From NCBI GenBank assembly GCA_964483435.1, contig CAZAAO010000001.1, positions 1 to 53,985 of the forward strand: a DNA stretch of 53,985 nt, read 5' to 3'. The notes under the pieces are model-generated. The model ran no database searches. It worked only from the letters and a program-made list of their open reading frames with translations, and was not told the DNA's origin. Source of the stretch: an uncultured Candidatus Saccharibacteria bacterium. GTDB lineage: Bacteria; Patescibacteriota; Minisyncoccia; Phycocordibacterales; WO2-35-19. Below are positions 50,836 through 53,985 of this stretch, one piece after another; the first letter of the stretch is position 1, and every line of letters begins with the position of its first letter. A program made the position numbers and the translations under genes.

Positions 50836-52047
50836 TTATTTTATAGCGTCGACGAGAGAGTAGGTTGGCAAAAGCATTGCGATCGCGAAGGCGCCGACAG
50901 CTACACCGATAAGGATCATAAGGAATGGCTCGATAATAGTAGAGAGGTCTTTTGTTTTTTGATCGACTTCACCTTCATAATATACTGCGATATTTTCAAG
51001 CATATCTGTCATCTTGCCGGTCTCTTCCCCCACCGCGAGCATCTCACCTACAAAAATAGGATACAAACTGTCTTTGCCCGAAAGTACCGAGGAGAGAAGC
51101 TCACCCACTTCCACTTTTTTTGCCGCTTCTTCGAGGATATTTTTGAAATAGTGATTTGAAACCACGTTGCTTGTGATACGTATAGCTTCGACTATCTCTA
51201 CACCAGAAGAGACGAGGGAGGACAGAGTACGAGAGGTGTGTGCGGCATTGACCTCCTTTGAGAGAGTTTTGAAAATAGGCATATGAAGCACTACATAATC
51301 GGAAAAGTTTTTCCCGGTATTGGTCTTCAAAAAGTAAGTCGAGCCCATCACAGCGCCGATAATAGCAAGCAGAGTAAGGATAATATTTGATCTTAAAAAA
51401 TCACTGATTGCGATGATGATACGAGTCGGAAGCGGAAGAGCAATATTTAGACCTTGGAAGGTCGCAGTAAGAGTCGGCACCATATAGACCATGAGCACAA
51501 TACCAATGACGAGCATGAGAGATATGATCACGGCAGGGTAAATCATGGCTCCTTTGACCTTTTTGGTAAGCGAGTTGCTCTTTTCTAGCTGTGAAGCAAT
51601 TGCCCGGAGTGAAAAAGAAAGCTTTCCCGACTCTTCACCCGCCTTCACCATAGACACAAAAATATTTGAAAAAATATTTTGATGTCTTTCCATCGCATGG
51701 GAGAGTGTCTCACCTTGGTTGATAGAAGATATCAAATCCTCCATCAATGTGATAAATTTTTTGTTCTTTGACTGCTTTGCAAGTATTGATAGAGCGCGCG
51801 ATACGGGCAAACCAGCGTCTGACATCACTGCCAAGTTTTTGGTAAAAGAAATCAGCTCTTCAGCTTTGACGCCTTTTCGGAAAGAAAAATGAAACTTAAT
51901 TTTGTTTTCTTTTACTTCTTCGACACTAAGCAGAGTGCTGCCCTCCTTGCGGAGTGCTGAGTATAAAGCCCCTTTGTCCGAAAACTCTTTAGTAGCTTCG
52001 TACTCGCTTCCCTCTGCATTTGACGCTTTGTATTTATAAAATGACAC
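50836..52047 (-). CDS. pilC: type IV pilus platform protein PilC (GspF family)
   Basis: Two T2SSF repeats and 3 TM helices, 403 aa, GTG start. Confidence 0.9.
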   Translation of the reverse strand: MSFYKYKASNAEGSEYEATKEFSDKGALYSALRKEGSTLLSVEEVKENKIKFHFSFRKGVKAEELISFTKNLAVMSDAGLPVSRALSILAKQSKNKKFITLMEDLISSINQGETLSHAMERHQNIFSNIFVSMVKAGEESGKLSFSLRAIASQLEKSNSLTKKVKGAMIYPAVIISLMLVIGIVLMVYMVPTLTATFQGLNIALPLPTRIIIAISDFLRSNIILTLLAIIGAVMGSTYFLKTNTGKNFSDYVVLHMPIFKTLSKEVNAAHTSRTLSSLVSSGVEIVEAIRITSNVVSNHYFKNILEEAAKKVEVGELLSSVLSGKDSLYPIFVGEMLAVGEETGKMTDMLENIAVYYEGEVDQKTKDLSTIIEPFLMILIGVAVGAFAIAMLLPTYSLVDAIK

Positions 52048-52085
52048 GTTCGTAACTTAAAATTTAATATTCAAAAATGGGAAAA

Positions 52086-53858
52086 TTACTCTGAAACTAC
52101 GCGGAGGACTTCTTCTATCGTCGTGAGACCTTGAGCTGCTTTGAAAATACCGTCCTCGAGCATGGTAAGCATTCCTTCTTTCTTTGCCTGAAGTTCGATG
52201 TCCTCTGCAGTACCACCTTTGATGATCGAGTCTCTGATCGCACTTGAAATATTGAGCACTTCATAGATACCAATTCGGCCTTTGAACCCCTCTTCTCCTT
52301 CGTCCTTAAGCGGACGATAAAAATCAATATCCTTCCAATCATCATTTTTGCCGACGATCTTTTCGTCGCGAAGTGCTTTGAGTACCACGTCCAAATTGAC
52401 CACCTTGGCGATAGAGTCGAGCTCCGCTTTTGAAAGCTTATATTTTTCTTTCTTATCTGTAAGTTTGCGCACAAGTCGCTGACCGATGACCGCATCAAGA
52501 GTAGATACAAGGAGAAACGGCTCAACTTTCATATCGATGAGTCGAGGCACTGCACCCGCTGCGGAGTTGGTGTGAAGGGTTGATAGCACGAGGTGTCCAG
52601 TGAGGGAGGCGTTGATCGCGAGGGATGCCGTCTCATTATCACGGATCTCACCCACCATGATGATATCTGGGTCCTGACGCACGAGAGTACGAAGACCAGC
52701 TGAGAATGATAGGCCGATTTCTGGTTTGACCTGGGTCTGATTGACACGGCGCATCTGATATTCGATCGGATCTTCAATAGTAGAAATATTTACATCTGGC
52801 GTATTCAAAATATCGAGCATTGTATAAAGAGTGGTCGACTTACCGCTTCCGGTAGGACCAGTCGTAAGTATCATACCGGTCGTGTGCTGCAGTGCTTTGT
52901 GCAAAATCTCTAATCCTTCCCCGTGGAAACCAAGTGATTCCAAAGTAAAACCCGAGACAGACTCGCGCAAAAGACGCATCACAGTCTTCTCTCCATAGTA
53001 GACAGGCAAAGTAGAGACACGGAAGGAAACTTTTTCACCATTCATATCGATCTTGAAACGGCCATCTTGCGGCAATCTTTTTTCATCAAGCTTCAAACTC
53101 GAAAGCACTTTGATACGTGCAGCAAGCGATGCTCCGATGTGCTTCGGCAAAACCATGGCATCATGCAAAAGTCCGTCGATGCGGTAACGCACAAGTATTT
53201 GATCCTCGAGCGGCTCGATATGGATATCTGAGGCGTTTTGGATGATGGCGTGTTTGAGCAGAGTGTCGACAATACGCACCACTGGAAGCTCCTCGGCAAG
53301 CTTCTTCAAATCTCCTTCTGAAACTTCCTCATCACCCGGAAGCTTTTCGGAAATTGCCTTGAGCTCGTCCGATTCGTTTTTGATAATGTCACCAAACTCG
53401 TCTTTGAGGTTTTTTTGATATTGAAGTAGCGCATGGCGCATGCTCTCCGCGTCAGTCAAGCGAGGCAAAATTTTGAGGCCCACTTTTTTCTTGATCGAGT
53501 TGAGAGCCTGGAGATCGTCCGTATCAAGCATTGCAACTTCGAGCGAATCGTTCTTCTTTTCAAATGAGATAATGTTGTGCTTGCGAGCGATTGGCTCTGG
53601 GATAAGCATCAAAATGTCGCGATTCAAAGTCTGACCTTTGAGATTCACGAAAGGAATACCCAATATGTAGGCCTGCATACGACGAAGATCGTCATCAGAA
53701 AATTTGCCTTTGGACACCAAAAGCTCAGAAAGAGATTTTTTCTTCGACTTTGCTTCACTAAGCGCCTCTTCTATCTCCGCTTTGGATGCGAGACCAGAGT
53801 CAATTATGAAATCTTTTATTTGTGCATCATCAACGTGCATATGATTTAGCGAAATCAT
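52086..53858 (-). CDS. pilB: type IV pilus assembly ATPase PilB (GspE family)
   Basis: GspE_N domain, Walker A GPTGSGKST, Asp box, Walker B IIMVGEIRD, His box. Confidence 0.93.
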   Translation of the reverse strand: MISLNHMHVDDAQIKDFIIDSGLASKAEIEEALSEAKSKKKSLSELLVSKGKFSDDDLRRMQAYILGIPFVNLKGQTLNRDILMLIPEPIARKHNIISFEKKNDSLEVAMLDTDDLQALNSIKKKVGLKILPRLTDAESMRHALLQYQKNLKDEFGDIIKNESDELKAISEKLPGDEEVSEGDLKKLAEELPVVRIVDTLLKHAIIQNASDIHIEPLEDQILVRYRIDGLLHDAMVLPKHIGASLAARIKVLSSLKLDEKRLPQDGRFKIDMNGEKVSFRVSTLPVYYGEKTVMRLLRESVSGFTLESLGFHGEGLEILHKALQHTTGMILTTGPTGSGKSTTLYTMLDILNTPDVNISTIEDPIEYQMRRVNQTQVKPEIGLSFSAGLRTLVRQDPDIIMVGEIRDNETASLAINASLTGHLVLSTLHTNSAAGAVPRLIDMKVEPFLLVSTLDAVIGQRLVRKLTDKKEKYKLSKAELDSIAKVVNLDVVLKALRDEKIVGKNDDWKDIDFYRPLKDEGEEGFKGRIGIYEVLNISSAIRDSIIKGGTAEDIELQAKKEGMLTMLEDGIFKAAQGLTTIEEVLRVVSE

Positions 53859-53925
53859 GTCGCACTACGTGATTCTGCGGAATCATGTCATCCCAACGTC
53901 CGCTGAGGGATGACTCAAGTGCGAC
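53859..53925 (-). promoter_or_regulatory. structured 5' leader abutting the pilB start codon
   Basis: Nested helices GTCGCACT (53859-66)/AGTGCGAC (53918-25) and GTCATCCC (53887-94)/GGGATGAC (53907-14). The outer stem ends at the nucleotide before the ATG. Confidence 0.4.
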
Positions 53926-53961
53926 TTGAAATTTAATTATACGTCACTTCTCGGAACTACA
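53877..53961 (-). repeat. intergenic repeat family 2, copy C (interrupted)
   Basis: CTGCGGAATC (53877-86) and TCACTTCTCGGAACTA (53946-61) match the contiguous CTGCGGAATCTCACTCCGGAACTA at 3366-3389. Here they are separated by 59 nt. Confidence 0.5.
53936..53941 (-). promoter_or_regulatory. candidate -10 (TATAAT) for the pilB operon
   Basis: The minus strand reads ACGTATAAT, about 75 nt upstream of the pilB ATG. The -35 is weak. Confidence 0.3.
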
Positions 53962-53985
53962 AAAGAAAAATTGCGGATATGAAAA

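Noticed and set aside
1-53985. Considered an alternative genetic code (UGA recoding as in some CPR lineages), inteins, tRNA introns and programmed frameshifts.
   Set aside because: All conserved genes are full-length and contiguous under the standard code, and TGA is used as a terminal stop (for example at 27323). No protein shows an intein-sized insertion. Both tRNAs fold without introns.

Overview
54-kb chromosomal window, probably from a small-genome Patescibacteria/CPR-like bacterium. That placement is an inference from gene content: an S5-L15 junction with no L30, giant surface proteins with peptidoglycan-binding domains, a type IV pilus plus ComEC/ComM/RecJ DNA-uptake set, and very compact genes. 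The standard genetic code appears to hold. No database search was possible, so all calls rest on motifs read from the translations and the DNA.

There are about 55 protein genes, mostly on the minus strand:
- a 5'-truncated spc-type ribosomal cluster (S14-S8-L6-L18-S5-L15-SecY-Adk-Map, then Ndk)
- an S12-S7-EF-G cluster followed by PNPase
- FtsH, SmpB-(GIY-YIG)-tmRNA, RecG, RecJ, RNase HI, a split ComEC and an Fe/Mn SOD
- a PilB-PilC-pseudopilin operon running straight into TpiA-Pgk, plus a separate major pilin
- tRNA-Ser(GCU) and a tRNA-Ile with the rare UAU anticodon

Accessory blocks:
- a stand-alone ClpC-D2-like AAA+ cassette (0.4-2.6 kb)
- small membrane proteins (9.1-12.1 kb)
- an AT-rich island next to tRNA-Ser carrying two paralogues with a shared N-terminal anchor (12.4-16.2 kb)
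- a block immediately 3' of the tmRNA gene (27.9-29.0 kb)

Best candidates for something undescribed:
1. An orphan promoter-to-terminator unit at 28544-28945 that encodes a helix-dense RNA of about 370 nt with no ORF. I cannot assign it to RNase P, SRP, 6S or tmRNA. It sits beside a Shine-Dalgarno (SD)-led micro-operon of two small proteins.
2. A recurrent TGnTAnnAT-N6-ATG architecture at seven start codons, implying widespread leaderless mRNAs. Strong SD sites are confined to accessory genes.
3. Two families of intergenic repeats: GC-rich hairpins with a G-rich tail, and a GCGCGGCGGCGCGAGG/AAATTTTCAGCAGA element.
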